Source: the human T2T-CHM13v2.0 reference genome, Homo sapiens
NCBI RefSeq assembly: GCF_009914755.1
Contig: NC_060925.1
DNA: 64,000 bases
Direction: 5' to 3' (one strand)
The notes beneath the pieces were generated by a model. It searched no databases. It was not told where the DNA came from and was given only the letters and a program-made list of their open reading frames with translations. Shown here one piece after another: positions 29,135 to 46,780 of this stretch; the stretch's first letter is position 1; each line of letters begins with the position of its first letter. The position numbers were made by a program, and so were the translations under genes.

Positions 29135-29172
<38 letters not shown>
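29135..29172 (+). repeat. (GT)19 microsatellite
   Basis: Perfect GT run starting 20 nt after the exon 5 donor. Confidence 0.95.
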
Positions 29173-29174
<2 letters not shown>

Positions 29175-29598
29175 TCTAAGAAGTGGACCTGTGTGCAGGG
29201 TGGGCCAAGGACCCCCCAGGGGAGAGGAGGGAGTGTGACCTGTCACTCAGCAGTGCCTGAGGCACGTTGGCTTGGATCCTCCTGTCTGTAACCCAGGGTT
29301 GCGGCTCTGGGTCAGGTTCCCAGGCAGAGAAGGCCTGTGATAGGAGGGGAAGGTCAGGCATTAGACCTCTCTGCTGGACCAAGCTCTGGGACAGCCCTGA
29401 GCAGAACTCCCCAGAAACTGTATTTTTCCCCCAACCTCCCTTCTCCAACTCCCATGGCCTCCCCAGTGGGGCCAGTGCTGAAAGAGGCTGGCTCTGTGCT
29501 CGCTCCTCAGCCCTGAGGCCTGTTCCTCCGCCATCTCTCCTCTCTCCCTGTCCTTGACACCAGCCCAGCCTCACCCCGGCCCCTCTCTCTGCCTTCAG

Positions 29599-29807
29599 CC
29601 ACGTGAAAGGCCTGCACTTGAACATGGCTTTGGTTTTAAGCAACTTCTCTACCCTGACCCTCCTCCTGGGACAGCGTTTCGGGAGGTTTCTTGGCCTCAC
29701 TGAGAGGGATGTGGAGCTGCTGTACCCCGTCAAGGAGAAGGTATTCTACAGCCTGATGAGGGAGAGCGGCTACATGCACATCCAGTGCACCAAGCCTGAC
29801 ACCGTAG
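29599..29807 (+). CDS. EPHX1: EPHX1 exon 6 (Tyr299 at 29771-29773)
   Basis: tcag|CCACGTG ... GTAG|gtgagt; encodes HVKGLHLNMALVLSNFSTLTLLLGQRFG...ESGYMHIQCTKPDTV. Confidence 0.98.
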
Positions 29808-30929
29808 GTGAGTGTGCTCAGGGGTCCTCGCCCACTGCCGGCTCCACTGGGGCAGGGAGACACCCGCGGGGTAACCTCACCACCCCACCCCAATGCTGCC
29901 CACAGAAGGAAGCCTCTTGTAAGGACCTCCCAGCTCTTTAGATCTTTAAACTGCATTTTCCCATAGAATCAAGAGGATGGACCCTCAGCAGATTCCCAGG
30001 CCAATTTAGCAACTCTGTTTAGCCGACTCAGTATTCATAGTGGCTTTCACCCCTGATCTCCCACCCCTGAGTCTATATCCTACACTGAGAAGCAGAGGGA
30101 TGGAGGGGGTGAGGTAGGAGGAATCCTGGGAGTGGGCAGCTCTGGGGCTGCAGGGGAGAGGGGAGAGGGTGCCCTGGGGCCTTGGGGAAGAGGTTCCCAG
30201 GCAGTGAGGGAGGGCCCAGCAACCATGTCTGCCACCAGGGTCCTGTTAAAGGACAATACTTTTTCAAAAAGGTAAATTTATAAAGGAACCAGTAAAATTT
30301 TAAAAAGAAACAATTCAAAGACAAATAAGAACACTGAAATTAATTTGCTAACAGACACAAAACTTGTCAACATCCACAGAGTAATATCAATTAAATCTCC
30401 ATGGGACAAAATTCATTTGCCTCTATGAACAAGAGTCATTCGCATTACCCTCAGTTCTTTACAATTCACAGAACTGTAAAATAGCTCAATGACAAGGAAA
30501 GATGGGACCCCTGTAGCATCACGTCAGTCCGGAAGGTCTGCTAGGTAACTCCCTAGATCTTGTCCAGAAGACACCCAGGAATTGTCTTGCCCATCTCAAA
30601 GTTCTTCATAGTTTTCATGGCAAACCCATGCCCACACACACGAGGCAGCTCATAATCATAATAATGGCACTTTATAAAAGTCAGCATTTTTCTCTGATTA
30701 TAAAATACATGTTGTCAAAAAGCTTAAAAATGCAAAAAGTACAAAACATTAAAGACAATCTCATATAACCTCTTCTCCCTCCCCACATCCCCTCTCCTTC
30801 AAAAGAACTTGTGAACATTTTGGTGAGAATTTTCACAAGTGAAGTACGTCCATATCACCAACATGGCCCCAACACTCCAGATGCCCCTCGGGGTTCTCTC
30901 CCAGGTACCACGCTCTGACTTCTGACTGA

Positions 30930-31750
<821 letters not shown>

Positions 31751-32136
31751 TAGACTTTTTTAGGTGGCTTCTCATTTTTCATGAATCAGAGCACATAGAC
31801 TGAAAAACCCCGCCTTTTTAAAAACAGCACTTCTCATTGGGACCCCACCAAATGCAGAGGCGTAGGCCCTTCAGTTTGAAGGAAGCTGAGCAGGCAGTGT
31901 GCCAGGCCCTGGGAGACAGTGGGAAGGTATCGTCCCTGTTTATCAGATGAGGATGCCGAGGCAGAGTTAAGGAAGCGAGGCATGTGAGCACCCAGGAGTT
32001 AAGGCAGGCCTGTGCTCGAACGTGGCTTCCTGCACACAGCCCCGCCCTCTGCGGCCAGTGCCACACATCACACCTGAAGCTCCAGCTCTCTGGTCCCCAG
32101 GCCTGAGTCTCTCCCTTGCTCCCCGCTCCCCGCCAG

Positions 32137-32245
32137 GCTCTGCTCTGAATGACTCTCCTGTGGGTCTGGCTGCCTATATTCTAGAGAAGTTTTCCACCTG
32201 GACCAATACGGAATTCCGATACCTGGAGGATGGAGGCCTGGAAAG
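32137..32245 (+). CDS. EPHX1: EPHX1 exon 7 (SALNDSPVGLAAYILEKFSTWTNTEFRYLEDGGLE)
   Basis: ccag|GCTCT ... GAAAG|gtgagg; 109 nt. Confidence 0.98.
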
Positions 32246-34270
32246 GTGAGGCCCTGGTTTGCCCCTGCAGTCATGACCCTGGTCCCAGCAGCCAACCTCC
32301 TCACCCTCTTCATCCCCTTGTCTGGTTGCTCTGCATGGGGCACTCAGCAAATTCTATTGTTGGCTTTCTTACAAATCCTCACCCTGTGACCAACGTAGCT
32401 GCATTTTTTGGGTGAGGTGGCCTGGTGGGTTGTTCCCAGCCTCACAGTGCATGGTCAAGACTAGGATGCAGGCTCACCTGCTTGTGCTCCTTTTGCTGAA
32501 CAGGCCCCTCTGGGGATTAGGGAGCCCACAGGGCAGCAGGCACCACATTATTGTCAAGAGCACCTGGGCTTTTCCTCCTGATTCCCTGGAGAGCCTGGCA
32601 TCAGGGTCACGTGACTGCGTGTTCCAGGAGGGTGGTCGCAGAAAGACAGGAGGCTGTTAATCTCTCAGAGCCTTAGAGGCTGTATCCTCTACATGCCTGA
32701 CTCCCAGCTCTGTGGCCTGACTCAGGCTTCACCAAGGTCAGCTCTGACCCACCCTTTCCAGGGCCCATCCCTTTATTCCTTCAGTGACACACAGGACCAG
32801 ACAGTGCTGGGGATGGGAAAGACAGTAAAATGAGACTGAATCCTGCCTTGGGGGTAGGGACTCTGTCTTGGCCATGCTGTAGCCCCATCACCTAGAACAA
32901 TGCCGGGTGAACAGTGGGAGAGCCCAGTACATAGATGTTGAATGAATGCGCAAAGGACTGTGAGAGTCCAGTGGAAGGAGGATTCTCTTTGTCTAAGCGG
33001 CAGAGAGGGGAAATGACCAGGAGAATGTATCTGATTTGGGCCTTGGAGGATAAGTAGGAGTTTGCTGGATGGAGGAGAGAAACTTAGGCAAAGAGAAAAG
33101 CAATAAAAATGCAAGGAAAGGGTGCTTGGAAAGGGTGGCTTGTCCAGAGGCTGAAGCAGGTACACTGGGGCCAGATCAAAAGCAAACTCATTCCTGCAGG
33201 CAGGTCCTCACCTCCTCCAAGAGCCTCAGCAGGGCCTTCGTCTGGGATCTGTTTCCCCTGCCCTACATTCAGCAGGACACAGGGGTTGATGGAGCTTCTG
33301 CAAGACCACCTTGGCAGGGGGTCTGGCCTGCTCCTTGCACACGGATACCTGGAGCAAGATGTGAGGCCCCACCAGACTATCCCACTAGGCCACTCCTGCA
33401 GCTCTGGCCCCGGGTTACAGGGAGCACCAAATCCCTGAGCAGGAGGTAGACAGGATCAGATCTGTGTTCTAGAAAGAACAGGAATACACTAGGGTGGAAA
33501 TGGTGGTCGTGGTCGTTTTCAAGCTGCGGGCAGAGCCGAAAGGGAGATGGAAGCACTTGGCCAACTTGCAGAAATCCAGTTCACAGAGGTGATGTGTATA
33601 CTGGAACTAGTTTTCATTGACCAGTTTTCATTTTGCCACCAAAATCACATTGAAAAGGCTGTTCCCTTTATCTCTGTCCCTGCTCCCTGCTGCTGTTGCT
33701 AGAGATTCAGGGTTTGAGTGAGGAAGGTAGGGTTGGGAGGGCGTGCTCTGGGGAAAGTGGAAGGTGGGGTGGGGGCTGTGGAGTATGCATCCTGGACCCA
33801 AGCTGGCTAGGTTTGGATTCTCCACTTAATAAGTAAAATGGAGATAATAGTACCTATGTCCCATAGGCTGTTGAGAGGAAAACATGAATTAAAAGAAGGT
33901 AAGGAGCTTAGAACATGCTGCCTGGTATGTGGTCACCACAGTAGCTGGTGCCCTGAGCAGTTTCACGGTGCAGGGGTTGAGGGGAGGGAGGAGAGGTCAG
34001 TGGCAGGAGAGAGGGGACAGGTGTGTAGAGGCAAGGTGGGTGGGGGGAGGACCTTGGGGTGATAAGAGACACTTCAACTAAATCCATGCGCTCCAGTCTA
34101 GTGCCCTGGGCGCAGCCTGCCTGTGACACGAGGATACCACACACGTTGCATGAGGTCTGAGGAGGGAAGCCGCATGGGCAGGGCCTGGCATTTGTAGGAC
34201 TTTCTGGCTGCCCTTTGTCACACAACTGCATGTGGCACTGAGAGTGGGGCTTTGTGTTCTGCGTTCCCAG

Positions 34271-34396
34271 GAAGTTCTCCCTGGACGACCTGCTGACCAA
34301 CGTCATGCTCTACTGGACAACAGGCACCATCATCTCCTCCCAGCGCTTCTACAAGGAGAACCTGGGACAGGGCTGGATGACCCAGAAGCATGAGCG
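34271..34396 (+). CDS. EPHX1: EPHX1 exon 8 (Tyr374 at 34350-34352)
   Basis: ccag|GAAGTTC ... GAGCG|gtgagc; encodes [41 protein letters not shown]. Confidence 0.98.
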
Positions 34397-34918
34397 GTGA
34401 GCCTGGCTGAGCCGAGAACAGGGGCCTCTGAGGCTGGAGGCAGGGGGACGGCCAGTCTTGGGCTCCACGAAGGGCACTTGGTGGTGGGATAAGTATAGCC
34501 TTGCCTGCAGGTGCCCCAGGGGCCCTTGGATGGGAACACTAAAGGTCGAGGTGTTTGGAGAAAGCCCTCATGGAGGGACCAGGTGCCTGGCTCCCGGGCG
34601 GCCCTCAGTACCGCTCCCCAGTCTAGGATGCTGGTCTGGAGTGGCACTGATGGTTCTGGGATTTCCAAGTCTCACATGGAAACCCTCAAAGGTGGGGATT
34701 TAGAGGCTGTCCCATGCCCCTGCCTGGGTGGCCCTCCCAGAAAAGAGAAGGCCCTCAGTGAGGGGAGAGCGGTTGAGACCCTGGATTTGTCCTTTTCTTT
34801 ATGGCTCCTTGTGGGTGGGCCAGCTGATCTCACCCCCAGGCGCTTTAACCCCCTGCTGTGCAGGACGGAGGGGCGCAGGGCCACAGCCTCACCCCTCCGT
34901 CGGCTCTTTCACTTCCAG

Positions 34919-35120
34919 GATGAAGGTCTATGTGCCCACTGGCTTCTCTGCCTTCCCTTTTGAGCTATTGCACACGCCTGAAAAGTGGGTGAGGTTCAAG
35001 TACCCAAAGCTCATCTCCTATTCCTACATGGTTCGTGGGGGCCACTTTGCGGCCTTTGAGGAGCCGGAGCTGCTCGCCCAGGACATCCGCAAGTTCCTGT
35101 CGGTGCTGGAGCGGCAATGA
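34919..35120 (+). CDS. EPHX1: EPHX1 exon 9 coding part (Glu404 at 34962, His431 at 35043, stop TGA 35118-35120); 3' UTR to ~35335
   Basis: ccag|GATGAAG; encodes MKVYVPTGFSAFPFELL...RGGHFAAFEEPELLAQDIRKFLSVLERQ*. Summed CDS is 1368 nt = 455 aa + stop. Confidence 0.98.
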
Positions 35121-35314
35121 CCCACCCCTCTCCCCCCGCCTGCCACCTCCCCCCACAAGTGCCCTCCAGGCTTTTCTTGGGGAAGATACCCCTTTTCTGA
35201 GGAATGAGTTTGCCTCCGTCCCCTGCCCATGCTGGGAGCCCACGCTCACCCCCTCACCCCTCCAAGCTCACTCCCCAACCCCCAACTCCGTGTGGTAAGC
35301 AACATGGCTTTGAT

Positions 35315-35320
35315 GATAAA
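35315..35320 (+). terminator. EPHX1: Probable EPHX1 poly(A) signal, variant GATAAA
   Basis: Only PAS-like hexamer near the end of the C-rich 3' UTR; plausible cleavage ~12-16 nt downstream at ctaaaa. Confidence 0.65.
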
Positions 35321-35324
35321 CGAC

Positions 35325-35330
35325 TTTACT
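35325..35330 (-). terminator. TMEM63A: Probable TMEM63A poly(A) signal, variant AGTAAA
   Basis: tttact on the + strand; on the - strand it is followed by catgttgctt (GU-like) and then G-rich runs. Confidence 0.6.
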
Positions 35331-36812
35331 CTAAAAGCGGCTGGAACTCAGTGACATGAGCGTGCGCTGACCCCACATGGGGCCCCCTGTGCAAGCAGAG
35401 CTGGCCGGCCCCTCCTTGCTGGCAGAGGCACGGGAGGCCTGCTGGGGATGAGGCCACTGGCCAGGGCTATGCTGCACCAGACCAATGGCACCGCCCCCAC
35501 CCCTCCCAGCGCAGGGGCAGCTTGGAGCAGAGGCAGCACTGGCCACCGCTGCGGGGGCAAGTCAGCGTCAAGAGAGTCCCTGAGTGAGAAGGCCCAGATA
35601 AGCCCAGGCCCCCCAGGCCAGCGGACAGGCACAGGCAGGGCCTACAGAGGTGCCAAGGCCCCAGGCCAGTTGTGCTAGGAGCCTGGACCTGCTCTTCCAC
35701 ACCCCCATCCCGCCCCTACTGCACAGGCTTGTGCCTTGGTGCCCCCTGGAGGCAGCAGGGAGGAGGCTTCTCAGGCAGAAGTCTTAAGTTGCATCCCATT
35801 CCCCAGAATCCCCAGGAGGGAGAAGAGGGATGGGCTGCCCCTCCTTCCTGCCAGAGCCACAGCTCAAGGGCAGTGGGATGGCCCTGCACCCAGCCCAGGT
35901 ACCCCTTCCTCTGTGCCGACCATGCTGTCCTTTGGCTCCGAGGAGGCCCTGAGCACTGCCCACCCCCACACCTTGGAGGGAGCAGACGGAGGGGGTGAGT
36001 ACTGCACAGAGCCTGCCTGGAGGTGCAGACTCATGCACTCAGCCCTGAAGAGGTGAGAGAGGCTGGATCTTAACTGTGGTCCAATGGGCATATTATGAGT
36101 GGTCCTTGTCCCTGCCTGCTATGGGGTAACCCTGACCCAGCTAGCGTCCCTGACAACATGATACAAAAACACAGAACTCTAGCGGGATACAGAGATGTGT
36201 GCACAGCTGGCAGGAGCACTGGCCACCTCCCAACCTGTTCCCCATAGCTTACTCCTGGATGTAGCCTGGAGGGACTGCTGGGCTGGGGAGGGACTGGCCA
36301 TGGAGCAGGGAGCTGGATGCCAGCGGGACCTCAGACCTGGACTGCAGCATCTCTTTGGTTATCGGTTGTGTGTGTGCTCAGAAGGGAGGAGGCCTTCCCC
36401 TTGTTACATCTCTCTCTCCATATATTCTCCCGGACTCATCAGTTTGGGGGGCGAAAAGTCCACCACATGGTCTTGGCGACAAACCACTGGGGATGTCACC
36501 CCAGCTGCAGAGCTGGAAGCTTGTGCCGGAGGGGAAACTGGGTGAGCAAGGGAGGGGCGAGGCCTGCCTGTGCTCTCCTCACCACTGCTGGGACCAGAAA
36601 AGATGGGCACCTGATAGCTCAGCTGGGCAGTCCCAACGCATTCCCACTCAGCCAAGGGCCTGAGCCCCAGGCCATTCTGGTTGTGTCTTTTCAGAGCAGT
36701 GAGACCTAAAACAGATGGGAAGAAGTCATGAACTTGGGAGTCAGGCCGCTTCACCTGTCTTCTCACCCCACAGGCTCCCCTGAGCCTGGCCCAGCCAGCA
36801 GCTCACCCAGCC

Positions 36813-36989
<177 letters not shown>

Positions 36990-38210
36990 TCAGCAAATGG
37001 ATTTGTGCTTGGCCTGGACAGGCATGAGCTTCCACACTGCATCCCTCCCCTCCTGCCCTTCTCCCAACAGGACACAGACAGTGGCCATAAAGGACATATG
37101 AAGAAACACCGACATCCATTTAGGACATTAAGACCGAAAATATGACACCTGCAGAATTTCCTAGCAGCCAGGGCAAAAGAGAAAGCACAGTTATACAGTT
37201 CTCATGATCACAGAAGGAAGCACAAGAGAGCAGTTCTCAGAGGAAACTAAACTTCCTAGCCCTGGATCCTAGGAGGATTTCTCACTTTGTAGAAGAAACA
37301 AGTCTACCTATATAGGGGGGCTTAGAACGCTGCCCTGGGACCCCTGGGATGCTCAACATATCTGTGTGAGTCTCATTTTGAGTCTCATTTCCTCCCAATC
37401 CCAGGCTCCAGCCACTGACCCCAGGCACAGAGCCCTGCCATACTCCTCCTGAGACCCTGGCTGTGAGGGCTTGACATCATCCACCTGTCCTGCATGTTCC
37501 CTGCTTGGCCAGCATAGCCACAGGTGTGTCGCTGGGTAATGAGTCCTTCTGAGGCCCTCCCTTGTTTGGAACTTGTCCAAGGACAGACACCGATAAGAGA
37601 GCCTGACACCTGGGAGGCAGCCACCAGAAAGAACCCTGCAGATGAGGTCGGCTCTGTCCTGGCCACGGCTGTCAGGAAGGCTGGTGACTACAGCTCTGGA
37701 ACCCTGGGGCTCTGCTTTCCCTTCCCAGCCCCACCCTAGGAGCAGGACCCTGGAGGCTGTGTGCAGAGAGAACTAGGAAGGCAAGGAGCCCTGTGTCTCT
37801 CTACCATGGGGTCTTCCTCTGAAGCAGGTGCAATGTTCATTTCTTGAATTCAAAGGGAAGTCTGCCTGACACCCTCTTGGAGCCTAGTGGAGGACCTCGC
37901 ACAGGCAGGTGCATCGCTGATGACAAACCTTTGTCAAACCCTAGCGCCTTACCATGTGCCTTCACTAAAGCCCCAAACTCACCAGGCATTAAATATGCAG
38001 AGAAGGAAAGAGAGCAGGGAACTGAAACCAAGGGGGATGGCCATGAATCGAGACAAGACTCTATCTCCTCAACAGTTTCAAATATGCAGGTTAAAATACC
38101 CAGGGGGACCAGGATTCCTTCTCTGCCATTAATTCACAAACTTGCCTGCCATGTGATCTTAGCAAGAGATGATCAAAGATTTGCCGGGGCCCATCTGGTT
38201 GGGACTGTTA

Positions 38211-38402
<192 letters not shown>

Positions 38403-38408
38403 CTATTA

Positions 38409-38897
<489 letters not shown>

Positions 38898-39413
38898 TCA
38901 GGCAGAAAATAAAGGCAAGGCCTAACCCCCCACCCCCACCCCTCAACTCCAGCAGCAAGGATGGTGTCTTCACAGCCAGGAACACACAGAGGGACCCACT
39001 GAATGACTGGCATCATCCCTGGTCAGATTTCAGGCACTGGGGTGCCAAGTCAATGGCAATTCTTCAGCCTCCTTGCTGGTCCGTTCCCTCCAGTCTCCAG
39101 TGCCCTGGGCTAGAGAGGATGGACCCTCCCACACCCCCAGTCTGACCGGGGCAGACGTGTCTTTCCCCCAGGAGTGTCAGTTTTCTCTCCTCCACGTCCC
39201 CACCTCTTCCATGCCAGGAGGTACAAGGAGCTGGGCCCAACCACCAGCCTCAAAGGGCAAATCTGGATCAGCTTCCCCATTTCCTCTGGTTCAGTCCCTG
39301 CACAGCTGATAAAGGCACTATCTTCTCTCCAGGGATGTATGGGACAATTGACCAGGCCTTCACAAGGGTTACACCTGCACTTGGGCTAGCTTAGGAGCCA
39401 GGCTGTCAACACC

Positions 39414-39582
39414 ACACCCAACCAGCCCCTCACCCTGGGTATCATGTTTTGATTGGACACCTAACCAGTCCTCACTCTGGGCACCACATTCTGACTAGAC
39501 ATGTAACCAACCCTCATTCTGGGTACCACGTTCTGATGGGACACCTAACCAGCCCTCACTCTGGGCACCACATTCTGACTGG
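39414..39582. repeat. Minisatellite, 4 x ~42 bp with alternating A/B units
   Basis: Units start at 39414, 39457, 39499 and 39541; consensus acacctaaccagccctcactctgggyaccacrttctgaytgg. Confidence 0.9.
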
Positions 39583-39684
39583 ATGCCATGCTGATGCTGT
39601 GAAAGCAATGAGGGATCTGACTGGCTGGTGGGGATGCAGGGCTGGGAGGCCAAGGGCTGGCCCCAGGTCAGAAGGGCTGCTCAC

Positions 39685-39852
39685 CCAGGCGCAGGAAGGA
39701 AAAGAAGTAGAGCCAGAAGAGGCACAGGATGGGGGCTGCCAAGGCCTGGTTCACAGCGGCAAAGTGGATCCCCTTCTCCAGCTTGGCTGGGAGGTAGACG
39801 AAGTAGAGGTTGTGCCGGTCCACCATGTGCTTGAGCAGGATGTAGATGAGGC
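39685..39852 (-). CDS. TMEM63A: TMEM63A exon ([55 protein letters not shown])
   Basis: gcag|GCCTC ... CTGG|gtgagc; 168 nt. Confidence 0.97.
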
Positions 39853-40067
39853 CTGCAGGGGATGGGGCTGTGAGCTGGAGACCTCGCAGGGCCACACAGA
39901 CACCTCTGTCCTCTTCCTCTCCGGGGCGGCTATTTTGGCAAGGAGCCAGGGCTGGGGCTGCTGCTCTACTGCCTGAACACAAAATGAGGCATCCTGCACC
40001 TCTGGCTACTAGTTTTTTTTCACTTTCTCTCTCCTACCCACTTCCTCACTTATCTGTGACCCCAAGG

Positions 40068-41441
<1,374 letters not shown>

Positions 41442-41935
41442 CCAGGTTCTTTTTTAAAAAATAAATTTTGTTTTGAAAGTGTAAATACTGTAGATTTTTA
41501 AAACTACACAAGAAAGTATACAGGGAAAACTAAAACAACTTTTCCCCCTAAAACTCAGCTATCACTGCCAGCAGTCTCTTGGGTTTTTTGTTTCCTTCTA
41601 GAGCCTTTCATTAATCTGCCAGTTGCAGATGTTTTATTTCAGTGGCCAGGACCTTGGTCTTTAAACAGTCCTGAGTTCAAAGGCTGGTTCTCCTGCTTAC
41701 TAACAACATACGAAGTTATTTTGTGTGAAGGGGGAATAGAAACAGGAACTGCCTTGTAGGATGAGGTGAGAAATGTGGTAATCCACGTGGAGGCAGGCAT
41801 CTGCCAGAGTGAAAGCAGCACGAGAGCTTTGATTGTGACTCTGGCACTGTCTTACTTGCTGCTAAAGAAATCAACCATGAACGACATAGTCAGTGGGCAG
41901 AGAACCTCAGACCAGAAATACTAAGAGAGGTCCTA

Positions 41936-42710
<775 letters not shown>

Positions 42711-43344
42711 TCACTCAGTGCACCCAGCCCTCCCGAGGCATGGTGATGCGTGTTTGCTCGTGCTCCCTTCGTTCCACCCAACAGGCATGTGAGCCCCTGG
42801 AGGGAAGAGGTGGTCAGGGAAGAGGTGTAGAGTGACTCCAGCCCTTCTAGCAGGGGATCCTGGGCCAGCTTAGTTCATGCCTCTGTGAAATCGGGATACT
42901 AGCAGTGCCCAGCTCATAAGGGGGCTGAGAATGAAATGAAGGAATGCAGCACTTCTCCCACTTTCCTCGCACAGTGCCCACCATGGCAGAGGAGAATAAA
43001 AGAGAAAGCCACACCCTCCAGTTCAGGGAATCCTGGAATAAATGCCACAAGCCGAAAATGCCTTTGACATCTGGGGTTTGGCTAAGAATTTATGCAAATG
43101 GGTGCCTACAGAAAAAGAGTCTGTTGGTTTGAGTTGTATGTATGTATGTGTGCGATCAAACCGTTTCAAATGCCAAAGTCCCAAGCTCTCTCCTCCAGCC
43201 TGTGAGCTAGAGAGGAGGCTGGAGGAGGCCACGCCTGCCTGGACCCGGGTTTGAGAAGCACTTAGCCCAGTGCCTGCACTAGTGGGTAGTCAGGTAAATG
43301 CTACCCACTAGTGGGGGTAGTGGGGGTGAGAGGCCCTCGGGTCA

Positions 43345-44790
<1,446 letters not shown>

Positions 44791-44964
44791 AGACTATTGC
44801 TGGCTGTATGTATGTGTGTCTGTCACAGTCATCAGCTCCCAACTCATCAGCTTACTCAGCAAGAACTCATTTAAAATAACTCGCCCCATCCTTACAGGTA
44901 AGCACATTCTTTTAGGAAAGTCAATGCCAAGCCTCTGGACCTATATTAAGACCTAATGTATAGT

Positions 44965-45175
44965 CTGTAGGGGCTGGGGTTGAATCCCAGCTCTGTTCCT
45001 TAACCAGCTGGATAAACTTGGGCAAGTTATTCAACGTCTCCAAACCTCAGTCTCCTCATCTGTAAAATGGAGAGAATAATAGTATCTTCCTCATAGCTCA
45101 TTGTAAAGATACAGTGAGAAAAAGATGCATAAAGCATTTAGCATAGTGCCTTCTTAAACAATAGCTATTACTATT
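44965..45175 (+). mobile_element. MIR
   Basis: gggttgaatcccagctctg...ttgggcaagttatt...cctcagtctcctcatctgtaaaatgg...aaagcatttagcatagtgcct. Confidence 0.85.
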
Positions 45176-45640
45176 AAGTGGCATGGTATAAGTTTAAAAT
45201 ACTAACAAGGATACATCAGTAATAAATTTAATTCTATTCTGGCAAAAATAATCCCCAGAGCCCAGAGGCATCCTGGCTGCCATCTTTAATTATTATTCTC
45301 CTTTCCCCACTCCCTGGCACCACTGAGACCCAGCAATTCCTTCTCCCCATGTGACTCTGTGCTCAGTAAGTTTCAATGAATGAGACAGCTGCTAATTGAG
45401 TTCTGGCCTAAAAAATTAACCACATTTCTGCAAGCATAGCACAAAGTGGGTCAGCTCCCACAGTGTCTACCAGAAACCTGGCAGGGTGGAGGTGAGGCCC
45501 CAAGCCCTGCTGTCTGGGGAGGAAGATGCCTGTTCAGAAGCATAGGCTACGACCGCCCCCACCCATCCCACTGCAGCCCCAGCCCCTGTGGGACTTTCAC
45601 CCAGGGCCATGGCTCCAGAACTCAACTTGGCAATACTCAC

Positions 45641-45703
45641 TCCAACCTGATGGAGGCCTCCGAGGAAGTTTTGTCAAAGAGCCACCGGAAGAAAAAATCT
45701 AGA
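45641..45703 (-). CDS. TMEM63A: TMEM63A exon (LDFFFRWLFDKTSSEASIRL)
   Basis: tcag|TCTAGAT ... TTGGA|gtgagt; 63 nt. Confidence 0.96.
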
Positions 45704-45942
45704 CTGAAAAACAAAGGAACCCCCTAAGAGTTTATTTCCAGCATTCCATATTGTCACTACACATGCTTTCATTTTCTTTTGCTCTAAAAACAGGCCAAAG
45801 CTCGAGATTGACTTTTGTTCTCAACGATGCCACTTACTACGGCATGACCTGTCACAGTCTGCTTTAACAGAAACTTCCTTCCTTGAGATAAATAAAGCCA
45901 TGATGAGGCCTTCCCTAAGTGGAAGGTCCTTGATAAGTTTCA

Positions 45943-46221
<279 letters not shown>

Positions 46222-46380
46222 TTAAAGAAGAACAATCAATCATATTGCCAGAAGAATCAATGACCCAGCCCTACTGCACGCCGAGTGGTTGCGACAGGCT
46301 TAGATATTGTTAGAGGTTTGCTTCTGCTGCCAAACCGTTTGCATTCTCCTGGGGACAGTGCTCTCCTGATGTGACTCTTA

Positions 46381-46623
<243 letters not shown>

Positions 46624-46672
46624 TCAGAGATATCCTTCTTAGGGGCAGGGCCTCGGGGCTCCCGGGCACTCA

Positions 46673-46780
<108 letters not shown>

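Larger units (their letters stand above)
35305..36705 (-). other. TMEM63A: TMEM63A non-coding terminal exon (3' UTR); 3' end approximate
   Basis: Acceptor tcccatctgttttag|GTCTC at 36706/36705; the 101-nt intron 36706-36806 starts at donor TGG|gtgagc. Confidence 0.75.

Noticed and set aside
39414-39582. Regularly spaced repeats as a CRISPR-like array
   Set aside because: Contiguous tandem units with no unique spacers, in human intronic DNA.
39449-39976. 175-aa ORF with GHLTSPHSGHHILT repeats
   Set aside because: Product of a 42-bp (multiple of 3) minisatellite plus the antisense shadow of a TMEM63A exon; TTG start.
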